Shown: positions 8,666 through 18,291, counted from the stretch's first letter. The stretch: 64,000 bases of DNA from an uncultured Thermotogae bacterium (GCA_964572855.1 CAZNGF010000001.1:14099-78098); one strand, 5' to 3'. Numbers and translations: made by a program. Notes: generated by a model not told the origin, from the sequence alone.

Positions 8666-10195
8666 ATGCGACACGCAATCAGACTGCTGTTGACGCTGGC
8701 GCTCGCCCTGCTGCTGGCGCAGGGGGTGGCGCCCGAGAACCGCGCCCAGGGGGCGATCAACGCGCTGCTCGAGGTGTGGCGCCTGCCCAATTCGGACAAC
8801 GGGCTCGCGGGCATCGCCTACGACGGCGTCGAGAACGCCGTCTACTACGCGGCCTTCAACCGGGATCGGGTCGGCCGGCTCGAGGCGGCCACGGGGCAGC
8901 TCACCGAGTGGCCCGTGGGCGACGGCCCCAACGGCCTGACCCTCGGCGGCGCCGGACCGCTGCTCATCCTGCAGCCGCCCTCGGTGTTCTTCACCGAAAG
9001 CCGGGGCAACCGCGTGGGCATGCTCCAGCCCGCCACCGACGGCTACCACGCCGCGGCGATCCCCACGCCCGACAGCTTTCCCAAGGGGATCGACTTCTAC
9101 TCGGCGATCGCGCGCCTGGACGAGGCGTGGTTCAGCGAGCGGATCGGCGGGCGCGTGGGCCGCGTGCAGGGCCTGCAGGCGGGGCCGCTGACGCCCGTGC
9201 CCCCCACGCGACAAACCCTGCGCGCCACGACCCAGGTCGTCTCGGTCCGCCAGACGCTCTTGCCGCCCACGGTCCACCGGGGCAACCCCGCGCTGCCGCC
9301 GGCCGTCATGCTCGCGCCGCGCAGCGACCGCGGGAACGTGGCGGAATGGGACATCTCGGGTTTCTATCAGGGGGGAGACAGCTTCCCCGAGGCCGTGGCC
9401 ACGACCTTCGACGGCGCGGTCTGGATCGCCAACAGTGCTCAGGAGACCCTGCTGCGGCTCGACCCAACCAGCGACGTGATGGCCTTCTACGGCCTCCCGC
9501 AGGGGAGCGCGGCCGTGGACCTGGCCATCGACCGGGACGAAAACGTGTGGTACACCACGGGCTTCGGCCACCGGGTCGGCAAGCTCGACCCGCGCAGCGG
9601 CGACGTGAGCGAGTGGACGCTGCCAACCGCGGGCCAGCCGCTCGGCCTGGCCGTGGTCGACGAGCGGAGCGTCTGGTTCACCGAGCGCGAGGGCGATTCG
9701 CTCGGCTGGTTCGACGCCGCCACCGGCGAGCTGCTCTCGTTCCGGATGCCGGCCGGTAGCCATCCGCTCGAGGTCGTGGCGGTGGCCTCCAACGAGGTCT
9801 GGTTCACCACCGAACGCGGCGACTTTTTGGGCCACCTCACGGTCACGGCGCTGGGCCAGCCGCTGACGTCGGACAACGCGATCCACGGGTTTCAGTTGAT
9901 CCAGACGGACCGCAAGCAGGCCGACGTCACGGTCGACTACAGCTACGAGGGCGGCCACGGGTTGCCCATCTGGCTCGACGTCGACGTCCTGAGCGGCGGG
10001 GTCAATCAGACGGACTTCGGCACGGTCGTGGCCCGCATCGACGCGCGGGGCCGCGGCTCGGCCACGGTGCGCGTCATCTACACCGGGAACGCCTGCGTCG
10101 AGTCGGACCAACTGCAGATCGACATGTACGACACCAACGGGGACGTGTTCGCTACGCAGCGCTTCAACGCCTCGTTGCGCTGGAACTGCGCCTAG
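8666..10195 (+). CDS. Secreted beta-propeller protein, virginiamycin-B-lyase (Vgb)-like repeats
   Basis: 509 aa with signal peptide MRHAIRLLLTLALALLLAQG and repeated blades of the pattern VWFTE..G...G..D..TG typical of Vgb/streptogramin-lyase propellers. AAAAGGAGG Shine-Dalgarno. Confidence 0.65.
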   Translation: MRHAIRLLLTLALALLLAQGVAPENRAQGAINALLEVWRLPNSDNGLAGIAYDGVENAVYYAAFNRDRVGRLEAATGQLTEWPVGDGPNGLTLGGAGPLLILQPPSVFFTESRGNRVGMLQPATDGYHAAAIPTPDSFPKGIDFYSAIARLDEAWFSERIGGRVGRVQGLQAGPLTPVPPTRQTLRATTQVVSVRQTLLPPTVHRGNPALPPAVMLAPRSDRGNVAEWDISGFYQGGDSFPEAVATTFDGAVWIANSAQETLLRLDPTSDVMAFYGLPQGSAAVDLAIDRDENVWYTTGFGHRVGKLDPRSGDVSEWTLPTAGQPLGLAVVDERSVWFTEREGDSLGWFDAATGELLSFRMPAGSHPLEVVAVASNEVWFTTERGDFLGHLTVTALGQPLTSDNAIHGFQLIQTDRKQADVTVDYSYEGGHGLPIWLDVDVLSGGVNQTDFGTVVARIDARGRGSATVRVIYTGNACVESDQLQIDMYDTNGDVFATQRFNASLRWNCA

Positions 10196-10211
10196 CACAA
10201 CGCCCGTCCCC

Positions 10212-12479
10212 GTGAAAGGAGCATCCATGTTATTGCCCATCGTCAAATCCAAGACGAAAACGACGGCTGCTCTGCTGTTGGTCCTCGCGCTCGTCGTCGC
10301 TGCGCCGGCGCTCGCCCAGCAGGGCGGGAGCTGCAAGATCGGCACGGGCCCCGTGGCCCCGGCCTCGGGCGCCGTGCTGTCGCCGAATGATCCGCTCACG
10401 CTGCGGATCGACGTCTCGGCCACGCCCAACACGCCCGACTGTCAGCACAACGCCACCGGCTGGCAGGTGGCCACCGATGCCGGCTTCGCGCTGGACGCGC
10501 TCGTGTTCGACTCGGGCGCCCACGCCTTCGACCTGCGCTCGATCACGATCCAGCCGCCGCTGCTGCAGCCCGGCACGATTTACTGGTGGCGGGCGCGGGT
10601 CCAGGTGACCAACGCCGGGATCATCGAGTGGATCGAGATCAAGGACACGTTCTCCACCCCCAGCCCCGGCGGCGCGGGCGGCGGGGGCCCCGTGATCTGG
10701 AGCCTCGCCCCCGCGCTGGGCGTCCCCGGCACGACCGTGTCCGTCGGCGGGAGCGGCTTCGTGATCGCGTTCGACCCCGTCTTCGGGTTCTGGCAGTCCG
10801 AGGTGCTATTCGACGGCCAAGCCGTCCCGACCAGTTTCATCGGCAACTTCGAGCTCGCGTTCACGGTCCCGGCGGGCGCGGCGTGCGGGCCACACGACGT
10901 CCAGGTGCGCAACCCCGACCCGAGCGTGTTCATCCCGGCCGTGAGCCACACCGAGACGTTTGAGATCCCCTGCGCGCAGCCCCCGCCGGGCGGCAACGTC
11001 CCGGCGCCGCAGATCAGCAGCCTGGACCCGCCCAGCGCCGCCCCCGGCGAGGCGGTCCGTGTGCTGGGATCGGGCTTTCTGGAGTTCCTGCTCGGCGAGG
11101 TCTCAACCGTCCGCCTGGAGGGAAGTCCGGTTCAGACGACCTTTGTGAGCGCGAGCGAGCTCCGCTTCACGCTGCCTCCCTTGATCCCCTGCGGGCCGAA
11201 CCGCGTGCAGGTGGTCACCACGCTGATCGGGGAGAGTACGCTGAGCAGCAACGTCGTCAACCTCGACGTGCCGTGCGGCGGCGGCAGCATCACGCCTCCA
11301 ACGCCCGCGATCACCCGGCTAAACCCCGCCAGCGGTCCGGCCGGGACGCAGGTCTCGGTGGTCGGCAGCGACTTCGTCGAGGGCAGCGCCCAGCTCGTGG
11401 TCGTGCCGGGGTCCGAGGTGCTGTTCGACGGGACGGCCGTCAGCACCCAGTTCGTCTCCGCGACCGAGCTGGGCTTTGCGGCCCCGGCGGGCGCGGCCTG
11501 CGGTCCCCACGACGTGCGCGTCCGGACCGAGAGCCCGGTGCTGAACGAGCCGGCCCAGCTCAGCAACGCGGTGGCCTTCGAGGTGACCTGCCCGGCCCCC
11601 GGGAACCCGCCGCCCGGCGGAGGGGGCAACCAGCCGCCGACGGCGGGCTTCAACTTCAGCCCGGGTGCGCCCCAGGTGGGGCAGACCGTAAGTTTCAGCA
11701 ACCAGTCGACCGACCCGGACGGCGCCGCCGATATCGCCAGCGTGCGCTGGTCCTTCGGGGACGGGGCGGCCAGCGCGCAGGCCAACGCCTCGCACGCCTA
11801 CGCGGCGGCCGGCAGCTACACCGTGACGCTCACGGTGACCGACCAGGCGGGTTTGTCCGACCAGATCGCGAAGCAAATCCAGGTATCGTCGGCCGGGAGC
11901 GGTGCGGCCACGCGCTCGGTGGCGCAGGCCATCGCGGCGCTGGTCCCCAACGACCCCAACGCGGCCAACGCCGACCTCATCATCGGCGACCGCGAGATCC
12001 TGCGGGCCGTCGCCATGTGGGTGAAGGGCGAGCTCGTACCCGACACCGGGGGCGCCCGCATCGGCGACGGTGCCATGATTGACCTCATCAAGCGCTGGAT
12101 CGGCGGCCTGCCGCTCTCGGCGGCGGGCGCCCCCGTGTCCGAGGCAAGCGCCCGCGCTGCGCTGGCAACGCTGGCCGGCGGCCTGACAGGACCAGAGCCG
12201 CTGCAACTGCACGCGGCCCTCGTGGAGCCCCAGGCGGCGGGCCGCTGGACGCTTCGCTTGGCGGGCAGCGGCATCGCCCGGCACGAGGTTCGGGTCTACG
12301 ACATGACGGGCCGCCTGCTGCACGCGGCGAGCGAGCGCGGGGACCGGTCGGCCCTGATCGCGCTGGATCGCAACGGGAACAGGCTGCCCAACGGGATCTA
12401 CCTCGTGACCGTGACGGCGTTGGACGCAAGCGGCGCGCAGCAGCGCCGCACGGTCGTCAAGTGGGCGGTGCTGCGCTGA
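10212..12479 (+). CDS. Secreted multidomain surface protein: FN3-like N-domain, 4x IPT/TIG, PKD domain, C-terminal beta-sandwich sorting-like domain
   Basis: 755 aa with a signal peptide. The N-domain is homologous to the repeats of the 3210-4376 protein (IYWWRARV). Four copies of P.I.SL.P..G..G..V.V.GSGF mark TIG/IPT domains. The PKD motif is WSFGDG...YTVTLTVTD. The tail is YDMTGRLL...LPNGIYLVTV...R. Confidence 0.75.
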   Translation: MKGASMLLPIVKSKTKTTAALLLVLALVVAAPALAQQGGSCKIGTGPVAPASGAVLSPNDPLTLRIDVSATPNTPDCQHNATGWQVATDAGFALDALVFDSGAHAFDLRSITIQPPLLQPGTIYWWRARVQVTNAGIIEWIEIKDTFSTPSPGGAGGGGPVIWSLAPALGVPGTTVSVGGSGFVIAFDPVFGFWQSEVLFDGQAVPTSFIGNFELAFTVPAGAACGPHDVQVRNPDPSVFIPAVSHTETFEIPCAQPPPGGNVPAPQISSLDPPSAAPGEAVRVLGSGFLEFLLGEVSTVRLEGSPVQTTFVSASELRFTLPPLIPCGPNRVQVVTTLIGESTLSSNVVNLDVPCGGGSITPPTPAITRLNPASGPAGTQVSVVGSDFVEGSAQLVVVPGSEVLFDGTAVSTQFVSATELGFAAPAGAACGPHDVRVRTESPVLNEPAQLSNAVAFEVTCPAPGNPPPGGGGNQPPTAGFNFSPGAPQVGQTVSFSNQSTDPDGAADIASVRWSFGDGAASAQANASHAYAAAGSYTVTLTVTDQAGLSDQIAKQIQVSSAGSGAATRSVAQAIAALVPNDPNAANADLIIGDREILRAVAMWVKGELVPDTGGARIGDGAMIDLIKRWIGGLPLSAAGAPVSEASARAALATLAGGLTGPEPLQLHAALVEPQAAGRWTLRLAGSGIARHEVRVYDMTGRLLHAASERGDRSALIALDRNGNRLPNGIYLVTVTALDASGAQQRRTVVKWAVLR

Positions 12480-12490
12480 GTCGCACGAAG

Positions 12491-12517
12491 CGGGGGCGCC
12501 CAGCAGGGCGCCCCCGC
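12491..12517. terminator. GC-rich hairpin between convergent genes (10212-12479 + and folD -); likely bidirectional terminator
   Basis: CGGGGGCGCCC-AGCAG-GGGCGCCCCCG perfect stem-loop. There is no U-tract, as is common in high-GC genomes. Confidence 0.45.
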
Positions 12518-12660
12518 GCCTCCTTTGGAGCGCCTAACAATACCTTCGCGAGCACGTCATCCTGAGGTCGTAGGCCGAAGGATCTTCCGCATTTGCAGGG
12601 GATTCTTCGCTTTCAGCTCAGAATGACATCTTGAACGATGTGGGATCTTGTTAGAGGCTC

Positions 12661-13500
12661 TTAGAGCCGGCGGCGGGCGGACTGGATCAGGTTGGACATC
12701 ACCATGGTCGAGGTCATGGGGCCGATCCCGCCCGGCACAGGGGTGATGAGCCCGGCCTTTTTGGCGACTTCGTCGAAGGCCACGTCGCCCCTGATCCCCT
12801 CCGGGGTCACGTTGACGCCGATGTCGACCACGGTGGCGCCCGCCTTGACCATGTCGGCGGTGATGAAGTGGGGCCGGCCCACGGCCACGCACAGGATGTC
12901 GGCCGCGCGCGTCTTGTCGGACAGGTCTTTCGTGCGGGAGTGGCAGATGGTCACGGTGGCGTGCTCGCGCATGAGCAGCAGGCCCAGCGGGATGCCCACC
13001 ACCTCGCTGCGCCCGACCATGACCACGTCCTGCCCCTCAAAGCGCACGCGGCTGGCGCGCAGCAACTCGAGCACGCCCATGGGCGTGGCCGGCAGCAGCG
13101 TGGCCTCGCCGGTGACCAGGCGGCCCAGGTTCGAGGGGTTGATCCCGTCCACGTCCTTGTGGGGCGCCACGGCCCGCCGCACGCGCTGGTCGTCGACCCA
13201 TTTGGGCAGGGGCAGCTCGACGAACACGCCGTCGATCTCGCCGTTGCCGTTACAGCTCTCGATCTGGCGGATGAGGTCGGCCTGGTCGATTTTGGGGTAG
13301 CGGCGCGCGTAGACCCGCACGCCCAAGGAGTCGGCTAACTTGCGCTTGGCGTCGAAGTAGGGCTCGGCCGAGGGGTCGTCCCCGATGTAGAAGACCACCA
13401 GCGTGGGCACGATCCCGCGCTTGCGCAGGTCGGCGGTCTGGTGTTTGAGCTGTTCGCGAAAGGTCTGCGCGATCGTCCTGCCGTCGATGCGGTTGGTCAA
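12661..13500 (-). CDS. folD: Bifunctional methylenetetrahydrofolate dehydrogenase/cyclohydrolase FolD
   Basis: The TTG start (LTNRIDGRTIAQ...) overlaps the nusB stop in a TTGA arrangement. The protein is about 280 aa with FolD motifs (PTLVVFYIGDDPSAEPY, VGRSEVVGIPL, TPVPGGIGPMT). Confidence 0.85.
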   Translation of the reverse strand: MTNRIDGRTIAQTFREQLKHQTADLRKRGIVPTLVVFYIGDDPSAEPYFDAKRKLADSLGVRVYARRYPKIDQADLIRQIESCNGNGEIDGVFVELPLPKWVDDQRVRRAVAPHKDVDGINPSNLGRLVTGEATLLPATPMGVLELLRASRVRFEGQDVVMVGRSEVVGIPLGLLLMREHATVTICHSRTKDLSDKTRAADILCVAVGRPHFITADMVKAGATVVDIGVNVTPEGIRGDVAFDEVAKKAGLITPVPGGIGPMTSTMVMSNLIQSARRRL

Positions 13501-13902
13501 CGCACCGCTCCCGCCAGCTCCTTCCAGACGCGGTCCAGCACGCCGTTGATGAAGGAGGCCGATGCCTCGGTCCCGTAGCGCTTGGCCAGCTCGACCGCTT
13601 CGTTGATGACGACCTCGGGCGGCGTGTCGGTGTGGCGCAGCTCGTAGAGCGCCAGGCGCAGCACGTTGCGGTCCACCGAGACGAGCCGGTCCAGCTCCCA
13701 CCCCCGGGCCTTCTCGCGGATGACTGCGTCCAGCTCGTCCCCGTGCGCCTCGACGCCGCGCACGATCCTTGCGACGAACGGGTCTTCCGTGTCGAATTCG
13801 GCCAGCAGCGTCTCGGCGTCGATCCCGCGGAACTCGCGCTGGAACAGGAGCTTGAGGCAGGCGTGCCGCGCCCGCCGGCGCCCGGCGACCTTACGCGTCA
13901 CC
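13497..13902 (-). CDS. nusB: Transcription antitermination factor NusB
   Basis: GTG start giving VTRKVAGRRRARHACLKLLFQREF...; the NusB fold continues to ...INGVLDRVWKEL. The GTGA start/stop overlaps the upstream DUF2273 gene. Confidence 0.8.
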
Positions 13903-14090
13903 GGAACAACACCCGGAACAACTCCTTGACCTTTTGGACCGCTTCCTCGCGCGATTCGAACGCGCGCCCGATCAGGTAGCCGAGCACGACCGGCACAACC
14001 ACCCAGAGGAAACGCCAGCCCCAGATGAGCCAGGAAATGCCGAGGAGCGCGCCAAAGAGCGCGCCCCACGTCTGCGGTCGGATCGTCATG
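13898..14090 (-). CDS. Small membrane protein, DUF2273 family (Asp23-operon associated)
   Basis: 64 aa, MTIRPQTWGALFGALLGISWLIWGWRFLWVVVPVVLGYLIGRAFESREEAVQKVKELFRVLFR, preceded by GGAGGGGAA. Its start overlaps the stop of the upstream amaP-like gene. Confidence 0.6.
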
Positions 14091-14700
14091 GGTTCCCCTC
14101 CTCGTCTTGGGAATCGTCTCGCTTCCCCCGGCCGGGCAGCGCGGGGGCGTCCCCGATCGTCCGCGCCGGCGGGTGGGCGATGCGATCGGTGTGGAAGGCC
14201 ACCTCGCTCACCCGCACGCCCAGGCGGGATTCGACCTGCTCCTTGAGCCGCGTCTGCACGCGGTTGGCGGTGCGGACCACGTCTGCCTCGGGCGTCAGCC
14301 CGGCGCTCACGGTGAGCTTGAGCGCCCCGTCCGCGGCGTGCTCCAGCCGGATGCGCGCCTCGGCCAGCTCGGTTTCCCCGGCCAGCAGGCCGCGGACGAA
14401 GTCCCGCACGGCGTAGGGCGAGACCGCGATGGGGCCTTGGCTCCCCTCGTGGTGGAAGTGCCGCCTCCGGCCCACGTGGTCCCAGAGCTTGAGCGCGAAG
14501 TAGAGCGCCAGCAACGCCGCCAGAGACGCCGCGAGGTAGGCCCCAGCGAGGCCCCAGCGGTTCGTGAGCCAGCCCAGGTCGAGCGCCGCGGGCAGCGGTC
14601 GGCTCAGCACGAGCCGGAATACAAACGCGGCGATCCCCAACAGGTAGAGCGCTGCGACCCCGTAGGCCAGTTCGCGCAGCGCCTCGAGCCAACGGTTCAT
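14086..14700 (-). CDS. Alkaline-shock-response membrane protein, AmaP/Asp23-family-like
   Basis: 204 aa with an N-terminal TM pair followed by an Asp23-like soluble domain. Its ATG overlaps the efp stop (ATGA). The efp-asp23-nusB-folD order matches Firmicutes/terrabacterial synteny. Confidence 0.55.
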   Translation of the reverse strand: MNRWLEALRELAYGVAALYLLGIAAFVFRLVLSRPLPAALDLGWLTNRWGLAGAYLAASLAALLALYFALKLWDHVGRRRHFHHEGSQGPIAVSPYAVRDFVRGLLAGETELAEARIRLEHAADGALKLTVSAGLTPEADVVRTANRVQTRLKEQVESRLGVRVSEVAFHTDRIAHPPARTIGDAPALPGRGKRDDSQDEEGNP

Positions 14701-15254
14701 CAGAGCCGTTCCACGTAGCGCCCGTCGCGCGTGTCGACCTTGATCCGATCGCCCTTGTCGATGAACAGCGGCACGCGCACCTCGGCGCCGGTCTCGACCG
14801 TGGCGGGCTTGTCGGTGTTGGAGACCGTGTCGCCGCGCACGCCGGGGTCGGTCTGGACGACCTCGAGCTCGACGAAGTTGGGCGGCTCGACCTTGATGAG
14901 CTCGCCGTCGTGGAAGAAGCCCGACACCTCGGCGTTCTCCTTCAGGTATCGGGCGGCGTCGCCCATCATCTCCTCGCGGATGGTCATCTGCTCGAAGGTC
15001 TCGTTGTCCATGAACACCCAGCCCTGCGTGTCGCGGTAGAGGAACTGCAGGCGGCGTTCCTCGAGGAAGACGACCTCGACGGGGTCGGACTCCGTAAAGT
15101 TCTTCTGCAGGACCTTGTCGGTCTTGAGGTGGCGCAGCTTGGTCGAGGCCACGGCGCCCCCCCGTCCGCGCTTGCTGTGCGAGTAGTCCTGCACCGTGTA
15201 GAGCTCGCCCTGGTAGCGGATGACCCGGCCCTTGCCCAAATCGTTCAGTCCCAT
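14700..15254 (-). CDS. efp: Elongation factor P
   Basis: 184 aa, MGLNDLGKGRVIRYQGELYTVQDYSHSKRGRGGA...; full-length EF-P with a KOW domain and OB domains. Confidence 0.92.
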   Translation of the reverse strand: MGLNDLGKGRVIRYQGELYTVQDYSHSKRGRGGAVASTKLRHLKTDKVLQKNFTESDPVEVVFLEERRLQFLYRDTQGWVFMDNETFEQMTIREEMMGDAARYLKENAEVSGFFHDGELIKVEPPNFVELEVVQTDPGVRGDTVSNTDKPATVETGAEVRVPLFIDKGDRIKVDTRDGRYVERL

Positions 15255-15279
15255 AACCGTCCTTTCTGGCGTCTTGTCG

Positions 15280-16233
15280 TCATTGAGCTCCGTCTTCGTC
15301 TGCGGCGTCGTCGGCCGGCGCGGCCTCGGCCTCCGCGACCTCCCGCTCCCGCTTGCGCTCGGCCCAGCGCGCCAGCAGCAGGCTGGACTCGAACAGCACC
15401 ACCACCGGGACGCCGACCGCGACCTGGCTGAACACGTCCGGGGGGGTGATGACCGCGGCCCCGGCGAAGCAGATCACGTAGATGTAGCGGCGCTTCTGCC
15501 GCAGGAATTCGACCGTGGTCAGCCCGAGCCGCACGGCCATGAAGATGAGCACGGGCAGCTCGAACACGAGGCCGAACACGAGCAAAAACATCATCGAAAA
15601 CGAGATGTAGTTGCCGATGGTGAAGTTGGCGTAGAGGAAGTCGCTGCCCAGGTTGATCAAAAAGCGCACCACGAACGGGAACACGAGGAAGAAGGAAAAG
15701 GCCACGCCCACGTAGAACAGGCCCGATCCGAAGGTGAACGCGCTCAGGAAGTAACGGCGCTCGTTGTCGTAGAGCGCGGGCATGATGAAGCGCCAGACCT
15801 GAAACAGCACGACCGGCGAGCCCACCAGCAGACCCGTGTAGAGGCTCAGCTTGATGTAGCTCAGGAACGCCTCGGTGGGGTGGATGAACATGAGCCCGCT
15901 CTGCTGGCGCAGCAGCCGTTCGAACAGGTTGCCGACCGCGTTGACCTGGTCGGGATCGAACTGCCCGCTCTGCGCCAGGAACGCGCGCCACGCCTCGACG
16001 ATCCCCGGCACCTGGTCCTGGGCGACCTGATAGTAGTCGGCCAGCGGGATGGTCAGGAGCTGCAACAGCGCGTCCTTGAACACGTAGGCCACGATGCCGA
16101 CGCTCACCACGGCGATCAACGCGTAGATGATGCGCCCGCGCAACTCGTCCAGATGGTCGATCAGGCCCATTTCCGTGTCCCGCGACATCGCACGTTTCCC
16201 CCGCTTCGGGCGGCTCGCTCGCCCCTTGAGCAC
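15280..16233 (-). CDS. tatC: Twin-arginine translocase subunit TatC
   Basis: Six-TM TatC core (LIDHLDELRGRIIYALIAVV...). It has an acidic C-terminal extension. The start may be the internal Met near 16188. Confidence 0.85.
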   Translation of the reverse strand: MLKGRASRPKRGKRAMSRDTEMGLIDHLDELRGRIIYALIAVVSVGIVAYVFKDALLQLLTIPLADYYQVAQDQVPGIVEAWRAFLAQSGQFDPDQVNAVGNLFERLLRQQSGLMFIHPTEAFLSYIKLSLYTGLLVGSPVVLFQVWRFIMPALYDNERRYFLSAFTFGSGLFYVGVAFSFFLVFPFVVRFLINLGSDFLYANFTIGNYISFSMMFLLVFGLVFELPVLIFMAVRLGLTTVEFLRQKRRYIYVICFAGAAVITPPDVFSQVAVGVPVVVLFESSLLLARWAERKREREVAEAEAAPADDAADEDGAQ

Positions 16234-16373
16234 GAATGTTTCGAGATTATAGGCGGCTCCAGGCCCGAATTCAATCGGCTTGGCGTCGCGTGCGAGCCAG
16301 TTCGAATTGCTTACATGACAAGACTTTGTCTATACTTGACTCGCAAAGTAAGGTATGCTAGACTTCACTTGAG

Positions 16374-17006
16374 GTGATAGCGATGTTCAAGTTCTATTTG
16401 AGAGCCGCCCTGGTTTGGGGCCTGGTCGCGGTCGGGGCGCTGGCCGCGCCCGGCGGCGCGCAGCAGGCACGCGAATTGGCCATCAACGAGGTCGCCTGGG
16501 CCGGAACGGCGGCCAACGCCCGCGACGAGTGGATCGAGCTGGTCAACAACACGAGTCGCGACGTCGATCTGACGGGCTGGGTTCTGCGCTGGGAGGACGT
16601 GGAAATCGCGCTGGGCGAGGTGGCCGGTAACACGCGGGAAACGCGGCGCACGACCATCCCGGCGCGCGGTTTCTTCCTGCTGGAGCGCACCGACGACACG
16701 ACCGTGCGCGAGGTCGAGGCCGACCTGATCTACACCGGCGGCCTGGCCAACGCGGGCGAGCGGCTCGAGTTGGTTGACCCGTCCGGCGCGGTGGTCGACA
16801 GCGCCAACGCCGACGCCGAGGACGGCTGGTACGCCGGAGCGACCGGCGACGCGGAGGTGCCGTTTGCCAGCATGGAACGCGTCAACCCGCGCGGCCCCGA
16901 CGCGGCCACCAACTGGGCGGCCAACGACGGGACCGTGCGCAACGGGCTCGACGCGGACGAGGGGGCCTTGAACGGGACCCCGAAGTCGCGCAACTCCGCG
17001 AGCTAA
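16374..17006 (+). CDS. Secreted lamin-tail-domain (LTD) protein
   Basis: Signal peptide followed by the LTD signature INEVAWAGTAANARDEWIELVNNTSRDVDLTGWVL. Confidence 0.65.
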   Translation: MIAMFKFYLRAALVWGLVAVGALAAPGGAQQARELAINEVAWAGTAANARDEWIELVNNTSRDVDLTGWVLRWEDVEIALGEVAGNTRETRRTTIPARGFFLLERTDDTTVREVEADLIYTGGLANAGERLELVDPSGAVVDSANADAEDGWYAGATGDAEVPFASMERVNPRGPDAATNWAANDGTVRNGLDADEGALNGTPKSRNSAS

Positions 17007-17022
17007 CCCCGCGGGGCGGCCT

Positions 17023-17910
17023 TCATGCGGCTGGCCTAACGCGCGCCAAGGCCCGTTGGATGAGGGGGATGGCGGCCTCGGCCTCCTCGCGGCCCGCCCG
17101 CCGGGGGCGGGCCACGTTGCCGAGCTCGAGCAACCTGACCGCCGAGACGTCCGGATTGAGCACGACGAGCCGTTCGCCCAGCTTCTCGTGCATGAGGGCG
17201 AGCTGCGTGCGCATGAGCGCGCGCGAGGTGATGTGATTGGACTGGGCCAGCACGGCCAGGCTCGTTTGCACCGGGTCCGTGATGCGCCCGCTTACGTCCA
17301 CAGCCACCACCACGTCCGCGCCCAGCGTCACGGCCACGTTGACCGGGACCTTGTTGATGATCCCGCCGTCGACCAGGAGCCGGCTTTCCCAGCGCACGGG
17401 GTCGTGGACCCCGGGCAGAGCCATGCTGGCGGCCAGCGCGCGGGCGACCTCGCCCCGGTCGATCACGATCTGTTCGCCGGTGTTGACGTCGCAGGCCACC
17501 ACGGCCAGCGGCCGCTCCAGCGTCTCGAAGCGAGCGCGCTTGGTGAGCAGTCTGAAGAAGGCCACCAGCCGTTGGGTCTTGGGCGAATCCGCATTGAGCC
17601 AGGTCGCCCGCTTGAACAGGTACTCCGAGGTGGCGCGCTCGAGCAGCTCGGGGATCGGGTTCTGCGCCACGTCCAGCAGCCCGTGCAGGTCGAGGTCTTC
17701 GAGCAGCTTGGCCAGCCGCCCCATGTCGTGGCCGCAGCGGTAGGCCGCGCCCACGATCGCCCCCATCGAGCTGCCGGCCACGACGTCGATGGGGATTCCC
17801 GCGGCCAGCAGCGCCTCGATCACGCCGATGTGGGCGAACCCCCTGGCGCCGCCCCCGCCCAGCGCCAGCCCCAGCCGGGGCCGGTCGCGCTCCGCTGCCG
17901 TTCCGGTCAT
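17023..17910 (-). CDS. Patatin-like phospholipase (RssA family)
   Basis: GGGARG oxyanion motif, GSSMG serine nucleophile and a DGG catalytic Asp. Confidence 0.85.
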   Translation of the reverse strand: MTGTAAERDRPRLGLALGGGGARGFAHIGVIEALLAAGIPIDVVAGSSMGAIVGAAYRCGHDMGRLAKLLEDLDLHGLLDVAQNPIPELLERATSEYLFKRATWLNADSPKTQRLVAFFRLLTKRARFETLERPLAVVACDVNTGEQIVIDRGEVARALAASMALPGVHDPVRWESRLLVDGGIINKVPVNVAVTLGADVVVAVDVSGRITDPVQTSLAVLAQSNHITSRALMRTQLALMHEKLGERLVVLNPDVSAVRLLELGNVARPRRAGREEAEAAIPLIQRALARVRPAA

Positions 17911-17911
17911 G

Positions 17912-18247
17912 TCAATCGCCGGCTCGGCACTGTTCGCACGGGCAGTCTCGCCTCAGCCGCTCGTAGGTGTAGATCCCGGTGCGATGCCCGTCGTTCCAGA
18001 CGAACTGGATGGCGTAGCGCCCGACGGACTGCACCTCCAGGGCTTCCAGGGGCCGTTTCGAGGCGCGCTGCAGCGTGAGTCCCTTGTCGCGCGCCGCGGC
18101 GCACAGGGCGCAGGGGCACGCCGCGCGCAGTTCCCGCAGCGGGTAGGCCGAGGCGTGGCCGTCGGACCAGCGGATGCCCAGCGTTTCGCGATCGATCCAG
18201 TGAAGCTCGGCGCGCCCGTTGTTCTGTGGTAGCGTGGGTTGGGCCAT
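17912..18247 (-). CDS. DUF971 family protein
   Basis: About 110 aa with the conserved LHWIDRETLGIRWSDGHASAYPLRELRAACPCALC motif. The ATG at about 18247 is preferred over the upstream TTG shown by the track. Confidence 0.6.
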   Translation of the reverse strand: MAQPTLPQNNGRAELHWIDRETLGIRWSDGHASAYPLRELRAACPCALCAAARDKGLTLQRASKRPLEALEVQSVGRYAIQFVWNDGHRTGIYTYERLRRDCPCEQCRAGD

Positions 18248-18291
18248 GCTATAAAGTCTAGACGAGCCCGACCGCAGCGACAAGGAATACC

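Noticed and set aside
8633-10432. 599-aa minus-strand ORF
   Set aside because: It is antisense to the Vgb-like propeller gene and is Arg/Gly/Ala-rich low-complexity, which is not coding.
10212-12479. Calling the organism a Bacteroidota/T9SS user on the basis of the C-terminal domain
   Set aside because: Only a loose pattern match to Por-type tails was seen. The rest of the window (efp-nusB-folD synteny, leaderless promoters, unlinked rRNA) points elsewhere. It is kept as a hypothesis only.
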